A stretch of 28,145 nt of DNA from a virus (Duplodnaviria; Caudoviricetes). The position numbers and the translations under genes were made by a program. Below, piece after piece: positions 7,102 to 16,742 of this stretch (within the stretch, counting starts at the first letter, position 1; every line of letters starts with the position of its first letter). The notes below the pieces were generated by a model. That model worked only from the letters and a program-made list of their open reading frames with translations. It searched no databases and was not told the origin of the DNA. The stretch covers positions 1-28,145 of IMG/VR virus record IMGVR_UViG_3300026196_000020. One strand, given 5' to 3'.

Positions 7102-8622
7102 TTACTTTCTCCTTAATTGCTCTGCGAGGAGCCTTTGCCTGTTTATCTCGTCTATGGTTGCACCTTTTGATGCTGCGCGAACCAACTCAGGAGTGATGCC
7201 AATGGCTCTACCGCCTCTTGATAATGCGCCTGCGAGTTGCCCTCCCTTGACAGCCGCCTCACCCATAAGTCGAGGTGACATGAAAGGTATTGCTGTGGCA
7301 ACCATCGGATTCATTGTGCTAGCGCCAATCGCCGCACCCTGCGCACCGATCCTGCTTAATCCTCGCGGAGTCCATGTAGCAGCAGACTGTCCGGCTAGCC
7401 TATCAATGATATTAGAGCCGCCACCTTCCTCTAATGACTTCACCATATCTGCCCTGTTGCCGTAGTTGGTGTTGGCGTTATTCCTGGTAACGGATTGCAG
7501 CTTCCTTAATGCCGTTCCAACAGAAGCCCTATCGCTTAATGAAAGTTCTTTCTCTATTTCCTTAGTTGACTTAATTGAGGTCTCAAAGTCTTTCATTACC
7601 TTGGCGTATTCTGGACTTTCTTTTGTGATAGTGTTTTTGATCGCGTTATACATCTTTGTCACAGCCATGCCGCTTTTTCCTGCATCTAGCTTATTTGGCA
7701 TAAGGTCATTGATTCGCTGCTTTAGTGCATCAAACCCCATTGTAGTATGAAGTTCCGGTTTATTTCTCCAGTCATCAACTGTTTTTTGTATCTCGCTGAT
7801 TTTTGCCTGAGTCTCTTTTCCGACCTTCCATGTTCCCTTGTACTTGAATGAATCAACAATATCCTTAAACGCGCTATCAACTATCTTAAAGTCTAGCGGC
7901 TTGTCAGCACCTTCAATGTTCTTCATTCCTGCAAGATATTCGGCTGTGCGCCGCTCATTCATATTTTTAAGGGCAGATTTTGCATCCATAACGACAGATT
8001 CCATATCGCCTTTGTTACGCATTGAACTAAGGGCAGAAGCCATGCGCTTTCCGCCAGCCTGACCAGCAGCACCAAGCTGTCGCATAGTTTCGCTGCCCAT
8101 CCCTGTGCCAACATCGCCAATCAAAGATGATGCGGCAACCTTTCCGCCTTCGTAAAGTGCCTTTGCAGCAGGCACAACGGATTGACCTCCCATCTCAATA
8201 GCAGAACCTTCCGCCACGTTTCCAGCAGCATTCCTAAGTTGGTCTGCAAGCCCTTGCTGTGGCGTATTGCCAAGGGCAACATCAGCCTTTCCTGTAAATT
8301 CTTTTGCCGCTCCATAGCCCAATCCAGCACCAATCGCACCTCCAACAGGGCCAGCCGAAGCCGTGCCTACCATTGCCCCTCCACCTAGTCCTAATGCCTC
8401 GGCAACAGGTCCAAGCGTTTCCCTGGCGGCACCAGCAGCCCCATACAAGTTAGGGTTATCCCTTCCCCATTGTGGAACTGATTCTTCGGGGGACATTTCC
8501 CTTGAATCCTGTGTCTTGAAGCTCTGCTTAGCGTAAGACATAACATCAGACTCGGACGCATCATCAGGGGCGGTAATCTCATAGCGACTGCCATCAGGGG
8601 CGGTAATCTCATACCTGGCCAT
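7102..8622 (-). CDS. internal virion / DNA ejection protein
   Basis: Duplicated RYEITAPD N-terminus, Gly/Ala-rich hydrophobic stretches, position after tail genes. Confidence 0.65.
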   Translation of the reverse strand: MARYEITAPDGSRYEITAPDDASESDVMSYAKQSFKTQDSREMSPEESVPQWGRDNPNLYGAAGAARETLGPVAEALGLGGGAMVGTASAGPVGGAIGAGLGYGAAKEFTGKADVALGNTPQQGLADQLRNAAGNVAEGSAIEMGGQSVVPAAKALYEGGKVAASSLIGDVGTGMGSETMRQLGAAGQAGGKRMASALSSMRNKGDMESVVMDAKSALKNMNERRTAEYLAGMKNIEGADKPLDFKIVDSAFKDIVDSFKYKGTWKVGKETQAKISEIQKTVDDWRNKPELHTTMGFDALKQRINDLMPNKLDAGKSGMAVTKMYNAIKNTITKESPEYAKVMKDFETSIKSTKEIEKELSLSDRASVGTALRKLQSVTRNNANTNYGNRADMVKSLEEGGGSNIIDRLAGQSAATWTPRGLSRIGAQGAAIGASTMNPMVATAIPFMSPRLMGEAAVKGGQLAGALSRGGRAIGITPELVRAASKGATIDEINRQRLLAEQLRRK

Positions 8623-9638
8623 TACGGAAGCCTCTTAATGCTAAATCCGCCTTGAGATTGCGTCGGATCATCAGAGATTGCTTTCTCTAAATCTCCAATA
8701 GTTACATCTTTTCCCTTCCATCCCTTTAGCGTTCCATTCTGCTGAAAATAATTAGATGCGCCCTCCTTAGCTTGTGCTGCTTGCTCGATAGCTGTTATAA
8801 GCCTATCAACGCGCTTTAAGTTCTCAGATTCATCTAGCTTGGGATTGTAAGCTCTTGCAATCAGCCGCTCGCCTTCTTTCTCGGTAAACTGTGCGCCCAG
8901 AATGAGACGCAGGTTCCTCTGCACAACTTCCTCTACCATGTCTCGCGCAGCCATTGCTTTAGGGTTTGCGAACTGATTGATAAAGTCGGGCATATTGCCA
9001 GTCATCGGGCCTGTCAATTCTTGACCACTAGCAAGCATGTTCCGAACTTCTTTTAACTGTTCGATGTTCTTCTGTGCGTCTGCATAACCGCCCCTTGATT
9101 TCCAATCAATATATTCCTTTCCGAAACCCTTATCAACGGCCTCCTCGCCCTTACTTAGATTTATGTCCGACTTTCCTGCCGCTCTGATTTGCTTCTGCGT
9201 TTCAACCCATTCTGGATTCTTCCAGTCAGGCTCAGGCTTAGGGTTGTTGAACATCACGTTGCCATCTGGGCCATAGGCTACCTGCCCTTGATTTAGTATT
9301 GTTGGCTTACTTGCCGCCAATGAATCAGCCTTGTCCTGTGACTGTTTCTGCATTAGCAGCTTACCTATTTCTGGATTTTCTGCGTATGCCGGATTGATGC
9401 CAGAATCACTTAGCAGTTTTGCCATTTCAGCATTACGCTGCGTTTCCATCGTGTCCGCTTGATCGGCATTCTTCTTCCCTGCCCATGCGTTCATCAACTG
9501 GGCGGCGTATTGCGTGGCTTGTGGGGGAACATATACACCACCAACCATTTGACCTTGCTGGCCCTGCATACTCTTATCGCGCAGAAGTTGCGCCATTTCT
9601 CTTTTGCGTTTGATTTCAGCTTGCGTTGGCATCTGCAA
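8622..9638 (-). CDS. internal virion / DNA ejection protein
   Basis: GQMVGGVYVPP motif, Q/A-rich helical composition, synteny. Confidence 0.6.
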   Translation of the reverse strand: MQMPTQAEIKRKREMAQLLRDKSMQGQQGQMVGGVYVPPQATQYAAQLMNAWAGKKNADQADTMETQRNAEMAKLLSDSGINPAYAENPEIGKLLMQKQSQDKADSLAASKPTILNQGQVAYGPDGNVMFNNPKPEPDWKNPEWVETQKQIRAAGKSDINLSKGEEAVDKGFGKEYIDWKSRGGYADAQKNIEQLKEVRNMLASGQELTGPMTGNMPDFINQFANPKAMAARDMVEEVVQRNLRLILGAQFTEKEGERLIARAYNPKLDESENLKRVDRLITAIEQAAQAKEGASNYFQQNGTLKGWKGKDVTIGDLEKAISDDPTQSQGGFSIKRLP

Positions 9639-10899
9639 CCTCCACTACTCGGCTATAGTTGACCATCATGTAGCCGCTTTCGTGCGTCATTACGGCATCA
9701 GGGATAACATCAACAACCTCTTGAGCCAGCACGCCAATCTCAGAGATGCCGAACTTGTCATAAAGATAGATGCCAATGCCCTTCATCAGGTCTCCAATTT
9801 TCACTATGTTGCGCTTGAGCCGCATGTCAGAGAAAGCCCCTATCCCAGCAGAAGCAAGGCCAAACAATCCACTAGTCATGCCTGCATTAGCTGCATTCTG
9901 AGCGTTAGCGTTCTGTAACTGCGCGTTGTATGTTGAGTTAGCTGCGCCCAATAAGTCAGGGCCACCCACGTTCGCCAGCCCTGCCGGATTGGATGCTCCA
10001 ACCTGCGGAATATTGGCAACCTGCATCTGCTGACCGGAGCGAACAGCGTTTAGCATGTTGATTGGGTCTTGGCGCAAGGCTTGAGCCTGTGCAAGATTCT
10101 GTGCGCTTGCCTGATTACCAAACTGCGCTCCGGCAAGATTCTGCCCGAACATCTGAGAACCCGCTTGATTGCCGAACTGAGCCGCGCCAAGGTTCTGTCC
10201 ATACTGCTAACCGAGAGCCTGATTTCCTGCCTGCATTCCGGCCAGATTCATGCCGTACATCCCTTGCGATGCTCCTACGCCACTTTGAATAGCAGCGTTT
10301 CTTGCAGACTCGTAAGCCCTCTGCTTGTCTAGCCCGAAGTTGCCAAGGGCTGTATTCCAAGCCTCAGTGCCGCGCTGCAATCCCTGATTGGAAAGCTGAT
10401 TCTCAAGGTTTGCCTGGCCTTGTTGAAACTGAGGGTCGAGATACTGTGTGTTCTGATTGTAAATGGCATCAGTGACGTTCTGCTGCATAAGCGATGGGTC
10501 GCCTGCATCAGTCCTGATCTGCCCTGCGTTGTTGTCAAAGGAAGTCTGAACAGGCTGATTCGCCACGCTTGTAGTTAGAGGAACATCGCTTGTCAGAGGC
10601 TTACCCAAAGCGGACTGAACATAGCCAAGCCCCTGCTGCGCGACTCCGCCGAGTCTCTGGTTTATCTGCTGATTCTGGTTGAACATTGACTGCTCGGCAG
10701 GAGACAGCGATACCGTCTGCGTCCACTGGTCAGGGCTTTGTGCAGTTCCTTTAGTGTAGTAAACTCTCCCGTATGGCGTGTTCTGATTAACCATGCTGCC
10801 TGTTTGTGCAAGCCTAGCTGTCTCTAAGTCGCCTGCTGCCGTAGCTTGTGCAGCAGCCTTATAATCTGGTGGCGGCGGCGCTGATGGTGATTTACCCAT
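9616..10899 (-). CDS. ejection/pilot protein with C-terminal peptidase S74-like domain, interrupted by one in-frame TAG (10207-10209)
   Basis: ORFs 10207-10899 and 9616-10152 are in the same frame and the GNQA..Q..GQNL repeat continues across the stop; MGKSPSAPPPPDY N-terminus; SD.RLK.NI...IGVLAQEV...PDAV..V.Y motif. Confidence 0.75.
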
Positions 10900-10902
10900 G
10901 TG

Positions 10903-11316
10903 TTACTCCTTTACCCATTTACAATCATTTTTTGTGAGCGACATAATGATCATGTTTCCGTCGGGATAGGCATTATCTATTTCCGCTTGTCTCTTGAATC
11001 CAACCTTTTCGCATAGCCTCAATGAAGGCTCGTTAGCACTTGAAATCATCGCCATGACTACATTCACCTTGGCTTGATTAAAGGCGTAATCGAATATCAT
11101 CCATAGCAGCCCTTTTGTAATCCACCGCTTGCCCTCTCCGGCAGTAGTGATCCGCATAGAGGCTCCGTTCCAGCCGTCATAAACAACGCCACCTGTTATC
11201 TTGCCGTCCTGGACTACACCAAAGCATACAGACTCTAGAGCGATGTATTGACCACCAATCCTGTCCATTACCCATAGGCCAATTTCTTCGTTGGCCTGTG
11301 GAGAGCAGACGATCAA
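10903..11316 (-). CDS. GNAT-fold acetyltransferase-like protein
   Basis: FDYAF...N.PSLRLCEKVGFKR motif; usual podovirus position after the nozzle. Confidence 0.8.
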   Translation of the reverse strand: MIVCSPQANEEIGLWVMDRIGGQYIALESVCFGVVQDGKITGGVVYDGWNGASMRITTAGEGKRWITKGLLWMIFDYAFNQAKVNVVMAMISSANEPSLRLCEKVGFKRQAEIDNAYPDGNMIIMSLTKNDCKWVKE

Positions 11317-12842
11317 AGTACACCGCCCTTTTCTACGGTATAATCAATCGAGTAAACCCTCACATCGGATGCGCTGGAAGATGTTTTGAAGTGCAAACTG
11401 GCCCAATATCCGATACCGAACACCGACTGCCAATCTCGCGCAATCACCAAGTCTCCGCCCCATATCGCTGCATCCCATACGCCTGTATCCCATGTTCCGT
11501 AAACCGTAGGGGAAAAGGTCGGGGTGCTAACAGGAGTTGCCATATCAAAGTCCATATTAACGTCAGCCACCACACCAACAGACGAGTCATATCCGAGAAT
11601 AATCCTAGCCATTGCAATGCGCTTAATCTGCGATTGAGTGCCGAAGTTATTGAAGGCAGGGAGAACGTCAGTAACAATATCAGAACCGTTATCATCCGTT
11701 CCTGTCCATGCTTTATAGACCGTTGAAGCCCCTCCGAAATAGAGTTCATTGGCTAGCACATACCAGCATTTAGCATTCCATCCGGTGAACCTAGACCATG
11801 CCCCTGTAATGGTGTTCATAACATATTGGTAGCTTTTGGTTGTGCTAATAGGAACATTCACAAACATGACATTCTTTTGAGGGAATGTGATAATATCCCA
11901 TCCATAGATGCTGCCATAATTAGCCGTATCGGATGCCATCTGAGGGTTTATCTTGTCCGTGATGGCTAGGTTGGTCTTATCCTTAGTCTGCATTGCATTG
12001 GTCAGAGATACTAAACCTCCGCGAGTCAATACAAGTGTGTCGCCGCCGAACTTGCGCGTAAAGTTTGTCCCAATGGGCGCACCAATGAAAAACACACCCA
12101 CTAGCGTCCATGTTGAAGCTGTAGCAGGGTTTGTTCCTCTATATAAAGCCACTTCCCCTTCGCTGGAGATGAAAGCCAGGTGGTCATCCATGCCGTAGCC
12201 AGCGTCAATAGTCAGTGTGGCTAGCTTGGCAATCTTGCCGCCCCTATGGAATACGGCACCGATATTAAACTCAGTAGCAGAACCAGAGATGGCATCCGTG
12301 GCAAGATACCATGCGCTCATGCTGTTCTGCTCCACGAACCACATACGCCTCATGTGCAGGGCTACATCGTCTAGGGTGGCAGTATCAACACCTGTGATGG
12401 CAGGGGTAGAAACTCCGGTTATGGTGGCCCATGTTGCGCCATCATATAGCAGTAAATTATCAGCACCGTTGACAAAGTGAGCATAAGTGCCGCCAGTGGT
12501 ACTGATGTGCGAATGACGGAACCTTGCAGAAGTCAATCCGGACACAACTGAAGCACCAACAGATCCAGTACTAGTTACATCGTAAATAGCGCACGCTCCG
12601 CTATTGTCAGCCGCCGCAAATAGCTCAGTCGTACCAGAAGCCGATTCGTAGTCCATTAGCGTCTCTACGTTGCCTGTGATGCCTGTAACATGCTCCGAAT
12701 GACCACCACGCAGCTCTAACTCTGTCGGCTGGCAAAAGAAGTTATCCAGAATGACAGCATCGACATCCTTCATCGCAGCCAGTGGATCTCGCTTGTTCCA
12801 CCCACCTATAGGGGCGGCAACCGAATGAACACTAACTGCCAT
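11313..12842 (-). CDS. tail nozzle / head stabilisation protein (P22 gp10 or T7 gp12-like)
   Basis: 509 aa beta-rich protein, APIGGWN start, WD...WD...WG C-terminal motif, follows the adaptor. Confidence 0.75.
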   Translation of the reverse strand: MAVSVHSVAAPIGGWNKRDPLAAMKDVDAVILDNFFCQPTELELRGGHSEHVTGITGNVETLMDYESASGTTELFAAADNSGACAIYDVTSTGSVGASVVSGLTSARFRHSHISTTGGTYAHFVNGADNLLLYDGATWATITGVSTPAITGVDTATLDDVALHMRRMWFVEQNSMSAWYLATDAISGSATEFNIGAVFHRGGKIAKLATLTIDAGYGMDDHLAFISSEGEVALYRGTNPATASTWTLVGVFFIGAPIGTNFTRKFGGDTLVLTRGGLVSLTNAMQTKDKTNLAITDKINPQMASDTANYGSIYGWDIITFPQKNVMFVNVPISTTKSYQYVMNTITGAWSRFTGWNAKCWYVLANELYFGGASTVYKAWTGTDDNGSDIVTDVLPAFNNFGTQSQIKRIAMARIILGYDSSVGVVADVNMDFDMATPVSTPTFSPTVYGTWDTGVWDAAIWGGDLVIARDWQSVFGIGYWASLHFKTSSSASDVRVYSIDYTVEKGGVL

Positions 12843-13725
12843 AATTTATTTCTGGGGTGTTCCGGTTGCCGAGCAATGGGGAAACGTAGTCGGATGACAT
12901 ATTTAGGTTGGGGGCAGGGGTGTCGTTACCCTTCGCCAATTCTAAAGCCTTCATGTAGTCCATACTCAAGGCGGAGGCATCCAATCCTTTGGCCTCGTAA
13001 AACTTAACCTTGGTCAATAGTGTGACAAGATGCTCTGGAATGTTGGTCACATCGTCATCTGCTGTAAACTTGGCCTTGTCCGTTCCAGCTGCACTCTGCG
13101 CCCAATATCCGGTGACATACTCGAAACCGAATCTAAGACCATCGCTAGGGAAAGGATAAACAACAAACTGGTTTCCCTGCTGCCGGAACTTGTAATATGG
13201 GGAAGCTGTAAAGCCTAGAGCCTTCAAGTCCTGCCAATACTGCGGAGACTTGTTGCCATAAATCCTATTCTCGCCCGACTTGTCAAACTCGGTATTTGAG
13301 GTCATGCGGTTGAAGCCTGTTGGCATATTATACTTGCACTGTGCGAACGTCAGGGTAGGGGTTCCAGACGCGCTAGCCTGCGCTGTCATGGTGAAAGTCG
13401 TAGGGCTATCAATCGAGGAAATCAGCGAGTCGGCTAGTATTCCTGTGCCGCTCACACCGTAATTCGTCGATATATCAGAAGTATCCGCCACGGTGACCGA
13501 GGCAGACGATGCTGTCACCGTGGCGGACTTGGTGGTAGTAGTTGTGTAGAAACGATGTTCCTTCTGCAACTGCTGCCAATCGTGGAGCCTCATCAATTCA
13601 TCTCCAGCCCTGTTAGCCAAAGCTAGAAGCTGGATTATCTGCCTGTCCTGAGATGTAACAACGGCAGTCGGCTTAACAATGCCCAACTCGTCGCATACAT
13701 CTTGAATTGATGTAAGTAGCGTCAT
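12832..13725 (-). CDS. head-tail adaptor protein
   Basis: MTLL..IQDVCDELG start, Y.MP..F and F.VYP.P motifs, synteny. Confidence 0.7.
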   Translation of the reverse strand: MTLLTSIQDVCDELGIVKPTAVVTSQDRQIIQLLALANRAGDELMRLHDWQQLQKEHRFYTTTTTKSATVTASSASVTVADTSDISTNYGVSGTGILADSLISSIDSPTTFTMTAQASASGTPTLTFAQCKYNMPTGFNRMTSNTEFDKSGENRIYGNKSPQYWQDLKALGFTASPYYKFRQQGNQFVVYPFPSDGLRFGFEYVTGYWAQSAAGTDKAKFTADDDVTNIPEHLVTLLTKVKFYEAKGLDASALSMDYMKALELAKGNDTPAPNLNMSSDYVSPLLGNRNTPEINYGS

Positions 13726-14313
13726 TTACTTGCTCCTTGGTTTCCTTGTCTTAGGTCGGGCTAATTCAGCCACCTGACGCTGTAACTCGACAATGTCATT
13801 CTTTAAACGCTCATTCTCAACTGCGTACTTCTGCGCTTCTGCCGATCCTGCGCTGGCCTCAAGGAAAGCTTTGGCCTTGGTGCGAAGCTCAAAAGCTCCC
13901 ATACCAATCTTCTGCAACTGCATATCACTTGCGCTAGCCAGCATCTCAACTGTCATAAAGCTCATAGCCTTAAGTGCTGCTTTCTGTGCTAACGGAATTG
14001 CAGGCCATTCATCAATAGGTGTGCCGGATACGCCGTCGCCTTCTCCAGACCGCTCATAGTTCGACCACTGTTTGTAAAACCGCTGCTTGTCGTTCTCTGT
14101 GGCTTTGCGCTCAATCTGGTTGGTCGCATCGCCAGGAACAATAATCGAGATGTAATCCACCTCAACAAATATCGGCCTGCCTTCTTCAAGGCTCTTTGCC
14201 TTGCTCTCAATAGCCTGTTTGTAGAACTTGACGTACAAATTGCCGTCAAGTGAATTGCTACCATCTAACGGCGCGTTGTCGTTCCCGAACCCTTGCATTG
14301 CTGCCTGTGTCAT
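13726..14313 (-). CDS. conserved hypothetical phage protein
   Basis: AGGAG RBS before ATG 14313; GTPIDEWP and TVE.LA..SD motifs seen in podovirus structural clusters. Confidence 0.7.
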   Translation of the reverse strand: MTQAAMQGFGNDNAPLDGSNSLDGNLYVKFYKQAIESKAKSLEEGRPIFVEVDYISIIVPGDATNQIERKATENDKQRFYKQWSNYERSGEGDGVSGTPIDEWPAIPLAQKAALKAMSFMTVEMLASASDMQLQKIGMGAFELRTKAKAFLEASAGSAEAQKYAVENERLKNDIVELQRQVAELARPKTRKPRSK

Positions 14314-14332
14314 CGTCTGTCTCCTGTTTTCT

Positions 14333-15157
14333 CTACCTTTCGCTGTTGAGCGAAGCTTGTTTGGCCTTGAACATATCAGGGAGTAATCCCTTTCCATGAA
14401 CTGATATGTCCATGCCTTTTGCCTGTAATTCCTCAGCTAATAACATGAAAACTCTAGCCTGCTCCTTCATATCATAACTGGTCTTATACAATGCCCCATT
14501 AAAATCCACATCGAAACGCATCGCCAATGGGTTCTGTTCCTCTTGCTTGCTGCAATCAGCATGAAAGTTTTTCTCGTAGCTAGAGTCCGCCCCAAATACT
14601 TCAACGCGCCTGTAGCCTAGAGTAAACAGCATGCATAAAGTGCTTACTAGCGCAGTAACTCCGCCTCCGATGTAGCAAAATGACCTATCGCAATCGGCAT
14701 ATATTTCGTCAATCCATGACAGGTCAGGAACCCACTTGATAGGGTTCTTCGACAGTTTGAAGAAATCAGGGTGCGCTGTTGATGCAATAAGATGCCCTTT
14801 CGCATTACCCTCTATTCTAGAAGGCGGAAATGCAGGGTCAAACACAACCTGATAATCAACATCAATACCATTTTCTACCAGTGAAGTTGCTCCGCTATTC
14901 GTAGCGAACACATCACCATTAATTCGTTTTATTTCTTCAAAAGATTCAACAACACTTGGAGCATTACCGCACAAAACAGCAGCCCTTCCATGTTCGGGTT
15001 TTCTATCAACCCACTCTCCTGAGAAATGTCTATTACATTTCGCATGCTCTTTTCCACTATCACTATCAACTGAGCTTATTACCAGGATAGGAACCTCAAG
15101 CGATGATGTTGCCTGTGGGTTATGGAATGTTAAATGCTGAGCATCAATGTCCATCAT
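14333..15157 (-). CDS. Maf / DUF115 (MptE-like) family protein, putative glycosyltransferase
   Basis: AVLCGNAPSV, FATN.....L...GIDVDY.V.FDP and LGYRRVEVFGADSSY motifs. Confidence 0.7.
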   Translation of the reverse strand: MMDIDAQHLTFHNPQATSSLEVPILVISSVDSDSGKEHAKCNRHFSGEWVDRKPEHGRAAVLCGNAPSVVESFEEIKRINGDVFATNSGATSLVENGIDVDYQVVFDPAFPPSRIEGNAKGHLIASTAHPDFFKLSKNPIKWVPDLSWIDEIYADCDRSFCYIGGGVTALVSTLCMLFTLGYRRVEVFGADSSYEKNFHADCSKQEEQNPLAMRFDVDFNGALYKTSYDMKEQARVFMLLAEELQAKGMDISVHGKGLLPDMFKAKQASLNSER

Positions 15158-15169
15158 TTGCCTCTAAGT

Positions 15170-15201
15170 AAAAAAGAAAGGGGCCAGCCGAAGCCAGCCC
15201 C
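15170..15201 (-). terminator. intrinsic terminator after capsid/decoration genes
   Basis: GGGGCTGGC-TTCG-GCTGGCCCC followed by TTTCTTTTTT. Confidence 0.9.
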
Positions 15202-15208
15202 AATCCAT

Positions 15209-15709
15209 TTAGGTGATGCGACCCTGCATATGAGGGCGATCAATAGACAAAAGAACAGTAGTTCCAGTGCCTGTGGTTAGGGTTGTATTTACAGAAGCCC
15301 CTTCCATTTCCTGACCAGTTACACTTGCAATAACCAAGCCGGCAGTCGAAACACCAACTGCCGTACCTGCGGTCATCACAGTGCCAGTATTGGCTGCTTT
15401 GGCTGCTGTAGCGATACCAGAAATCTGATACCAACCATACTGACTTGCCACATTAGCGGACATTGCAACAGCAACGCTCTCAGGAACATTAGAGCCTGCT
15501 GGAGCAAGTTCAGTAACGAACGAGCCAGTGTTATAGCAAACCACAGAGCCAACTGCGGTAGATGCGACACCAGGCAGATAAATAAACTCACCTACACCAT
15601 ACGTCGGGTCTTTTGCGCGGACGATGGTGCCAAGCGGGTGATTCTGCGTGGTGTCAGTCACAGCAATGGGCTGTGCGCCAATGAGGGTTTCAGTAATTAC
15701 GTATGCCAT
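15209..15709 (-). CDS. capsid decoration/auxiliary protein
   Basis: Small T/A/V/G-rich protein between MCP and the terminator; YGWYQISG motif; AAGGAGG RBS. Confidence 0.7.
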   Translation of the reverse strand: MAYVITETLIGAQPIAVTDTTQNHPLGTIVRAKDPTYGVGEFIYLPGVASTAVGSVVCYNTGSFVTELAPAGSNVPESVAVAMSANVASQYGWYQISGIATAAKAANTGTVMTAGTAVGVSTAGLVIASVTGQEMEGASVNTTLTTGTGTTVLLSIDRPHMQGRIT

Positions 15710-15722
15710 TTTAGTACCCTCC

Positions 15723-16727
15723 TTAATCTTTCAACACGCCCTGGTAGCGAGCACCAGAGCAAGTGAGGTTACCAGCAACACCGATCAGTTTAACAACGGC
15801 ATCCTGATTCGTGGACTGACGATCTCCACCGATAGCAACAAAGTTGCGGTCACGGTGAGGACGCCACATGAGATACTTCGTGTTCAGGAAGTACATGTGG
15901 TTGGTCGGGCAACCGCCGCCAATGCCACCGTCGAGAACAACATCAGCCGGACGGCCTGCACCATAATACTTAAGTGAGGCAAAGCCAGCACCAGCCATCT
16001 TTTCGTCGGTGACACGCTGAATAGCCTGCAAAGACTCAAGATAGAGCTTGTAATAGTTGTTATCGCATGCAATCAGGTCAGGGCCATCATTACCGCTTAC
16101 GATATTGACCATAATCTGATTCATGTAGCTCTGAATGTTTGCGCTTGTTGCAGCAGCGCCACCTTCAGTGGTTGCGTCATAAGCGTAGTTTCTCCAGAAG
16201 CTCCATGTGGCACGATTGATGCCACCTACAGTACCAGTGGAAGGCGCGTCAGCAACGATAGACTGCAAGCCAGTGATAGCCTTGCCGCCGGAGCCTGTAC
16301 CATCCGAATAGATACCATTGGTGGAATCACCAATCAGGTTTGCAAGCTGTGATTCTGCAACATCGATACGAGACTCAAGCAAATCAATGATCTGCTCTTT
16401 GCCGCTGTTCTGGAGCATTTCCAGACCAGAAATCGTAACTGCTGATGCAGCCTGCTTAATATCCCAGCTAGATGCGCTGATGGGGCTGTTTACACCGATG
16501 TTCAATGTGTCGTAGCCGGAATACATCATTGCGTTGCTGGTGTTGGTGTCATTATACGACAGTTCCTGCAAGATTACATTACCACCGCTAAACGGTTTTA
16601 CATTGCCACGCTCTTTGAGCTTGTAGAGCAATGCGTTCTGATTAGCGACGTTATCTGCAATTTCGCCGGATCGTGACTGAATAGTAGTCGCGATAATGTC
16701 CGAAATGGACGAGTTAGCGAAAGCCAT
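15723..16727 (-). CDS. major capsid protein
   Basis: 334 aa, follows the scaffold, AAGGAG RBS, MYFLNTKYL and GNLTCS.ARYQGVL motifs. Confidence 0.85.
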   Translation of the reverse strand: MAFANSSISDIIATTIQSRSGEIADNVANQNALLYKLKERGNVKPFSGGNVILQELSYNDTNTSNAMMYSGYDTLNIGVNSPISASSWDIKQAASAVTISGLEMLQNSGKEQIIDLLESRIDVAESQLANLIGDSTNGIYSDGTGSGGKAITGLQSIVADAPSTGTVGGINRATWSFWRNYAYDATTEGGAAATSANIQSYMNQIMVNIVSGNDGPDLIACDNNYYKLYLESLQAIQRVTDEKMAGAGFASLKYYGAGRPADVVLDGGIGGGCPTNHMYFLNTKYLMWRPHRDRNFVAIGGDRQSTNQDAVVKLIGVAGNLTCSGARYQGVLKD

Positions 16728-16742
16728 AACTTTCTCCTTTCA

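Noticed and set aside
14314-14397. Longer start for ORF 13726-14397
   Set aside because: Overlaps the upstream gene; ATG 14313 has a good AGGAG RBS
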